The translations under genes were made by a program, and so were the position numbers. A model generated the notes under the pieces. It was not told the origin of the DNA. It ran no database searches and saw nothing but the letters and a program-made list of their open reading frames with translations. Below are positions 32,301-33,589 of a DNA stretch of 33,589 bases, piece after piece; positions within the stretch are counted from its first letter, which is position 1, and each line of letters begins with the position of its first letter. Origin of the DNA: Neoconidiobolus thromboides FSU 785 (lineage: Eukaryota; Fungi; Entomophthoromycota). The stretch lies in NCBI GenBank assembly GCA_025603075.1, contig MU626467.1:1-33589 (forward strand). The letters run 5' to 3'.

Positions 32301-32946
32301 TTAAGATCCTTTAAAAGCACAGCAGCAAGTGAACATGGAGTATAATCGAGTCTTACGGCTTAGCTGAAAGCGTGCTACATATCTAATAATGTCCGATTTT
32401 GGATCATAGGCCATCTATAAATTGTTTGACACTAAAATAGAATGGTCTGAATCCTTTCCAATTTTTTCTTCTCCTATTTCTGAATATACCTTTAACCATT
32501 GATACGTATGCGCTGTAACCAATTCAACAAATAGAGAACTTTTCAATGGAGGATATTTACACTCAAATATTTCCAAATGTTTGTTAATATTGCCGATAAT
32601 TTTTTTCCACTTTCAATGTAATCAACATTGGGAGTTTTATCTTCAACAGGAAGGATTTATGATAGTTATTCATGATATAATAGATCAAATGATGATACAG
32701 CGTTTATTTCAAGGAATACTGCTCATTTAAATATGCTATTTTCCTCTCAATTAGATTTTCTTTTTCTTTTGTAAGTGACATCTCTGCACTTTTCATCTTT
32801 TTAAGCTCCAATAACTTACTCGCATCAGGTTTTAATACTATGCTATAACTTTTATAACACATATCGGATCCTTTAACACATTTCTCCTTTAATAAATTCT
32901 CTTTTTTACAGTTTGGACAATAAGGTAATTCTAAAGGATCGATACC
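32301..32946 (-). pseudogene. Decayed coding remnant with a CxxC motif
   Basis: 32946-32704 is an 80-codon open stretch (GIDPLELPYCPNCKKENLL...). 32579-32301 is a 93-codon stretch with one internal stop. Frameshifts lie between them. Confidence 0.45.
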
Positions 32947-33067
32947 CTATGGCTTGATTATAAAGTTACCAATTTCGATAAAATATAAAAAAGTATTTAT
33001 GATCTTTCTTTTTATATCTTCTAAACACAACTTATATTTCAATCAAAATAGTAATTTCAAAGTTACT

Positions 33068-33172
33068 ATTTGGGGATGTTTTTTTGTCTTCATTACCTTT
33101 TCCATTTTTAGGCACTACTTAAGTGGAAAGATTATTAGCAAAATTCTTAAACGAAAAAATACATCCCCATTT
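33068..33172 (-). mobile_element. MITE-like element copy with ATTT/ATTT TSD
   Basis: ATTT|GGGGATGTTTTTTT...AAAAAATACATCCCC|ATTT. Confidence 0.87.
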
Positions 33173-33589
33173 TCTAATTAAAGATCTTTATCATACAGGT
33201 TCAAAGTATGAAATTGTAATTTGTTATTTAATTAATTATCATTTAATAATTTTAAGATCAATTTAATACTCATGAAAATTACGGCAGTATTAGGATTGGA
33301 ATCATAATTAATTAAAGAAGCTATAAAATAACAATCAATGTCCATACTTTGTTGTTCAGCATCATTAATAATTAAGCTATTAAATTTAATTCCCGACTAA
33401 AAACCAAGGAGATCAGGAGGTCTTCATATATATTTACAACACTAATTGATATTTGACTATCATAAGTTGATATATCATATCAATTTTCATCTCATTCCTT
33501 TAGTTCATGATGTTTTAATTCAAAAAATAGCTTCTTTTTATCTTCATTAAGGTTTAATAGTCGATTAGATAGTAAAATATTGATTTATA

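Noticed and set aside
32954-33181. 75-aa ORF
   Set aside because: Its second half is the MITE at 33068-33172 and the rest is low-complexity AT sequence.

Overview
A very AT-rich eukaryotic window with compact GT-AG introns. All 25 introns I could model are 45-63 nt. Gene content and style suggest an early-diverging fungus, possibly Entomophthorales/Zoopagomycota (inference only). Eight genes are supportable, modelled by hand. Three are intronless: an OPT/YSL-family transporter, a secreted saposin-domain acid sphingomyelinase and a secreted class-3 lipase. Five contain introns: MEX67/NXF1, a PHO80/PCL-type cyclin, 3-hydroxyisobutyrate dehydrogenase, an RNPS1-like SR/RRM protein and a divergent trunk-only adaptin resembling AP-4 epsilon. 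There is also one 79-aa hypothetical ORF. The intergenic DNA carries 13 copies of a ~98-bp MITE-like element with GGGGATGT...ACATCCCC ends and 4-bp AWWT target-site duplications; two pairs abut as inverted neighbours and an apparent empty site is visible. It also holds a perfect 138-bp tandem duplication, an old ~0.65-kb duplicated coding remnant and other decayed reading frames. The best leads are the MITE family, the AP-4 epsilon-like gene and an RNPS1 start codon apparently split by an intron. No tRNA, rRNA, CRISPR array or intact transposase was recognised. No database searches were run; family calls rest on recalled motifs.
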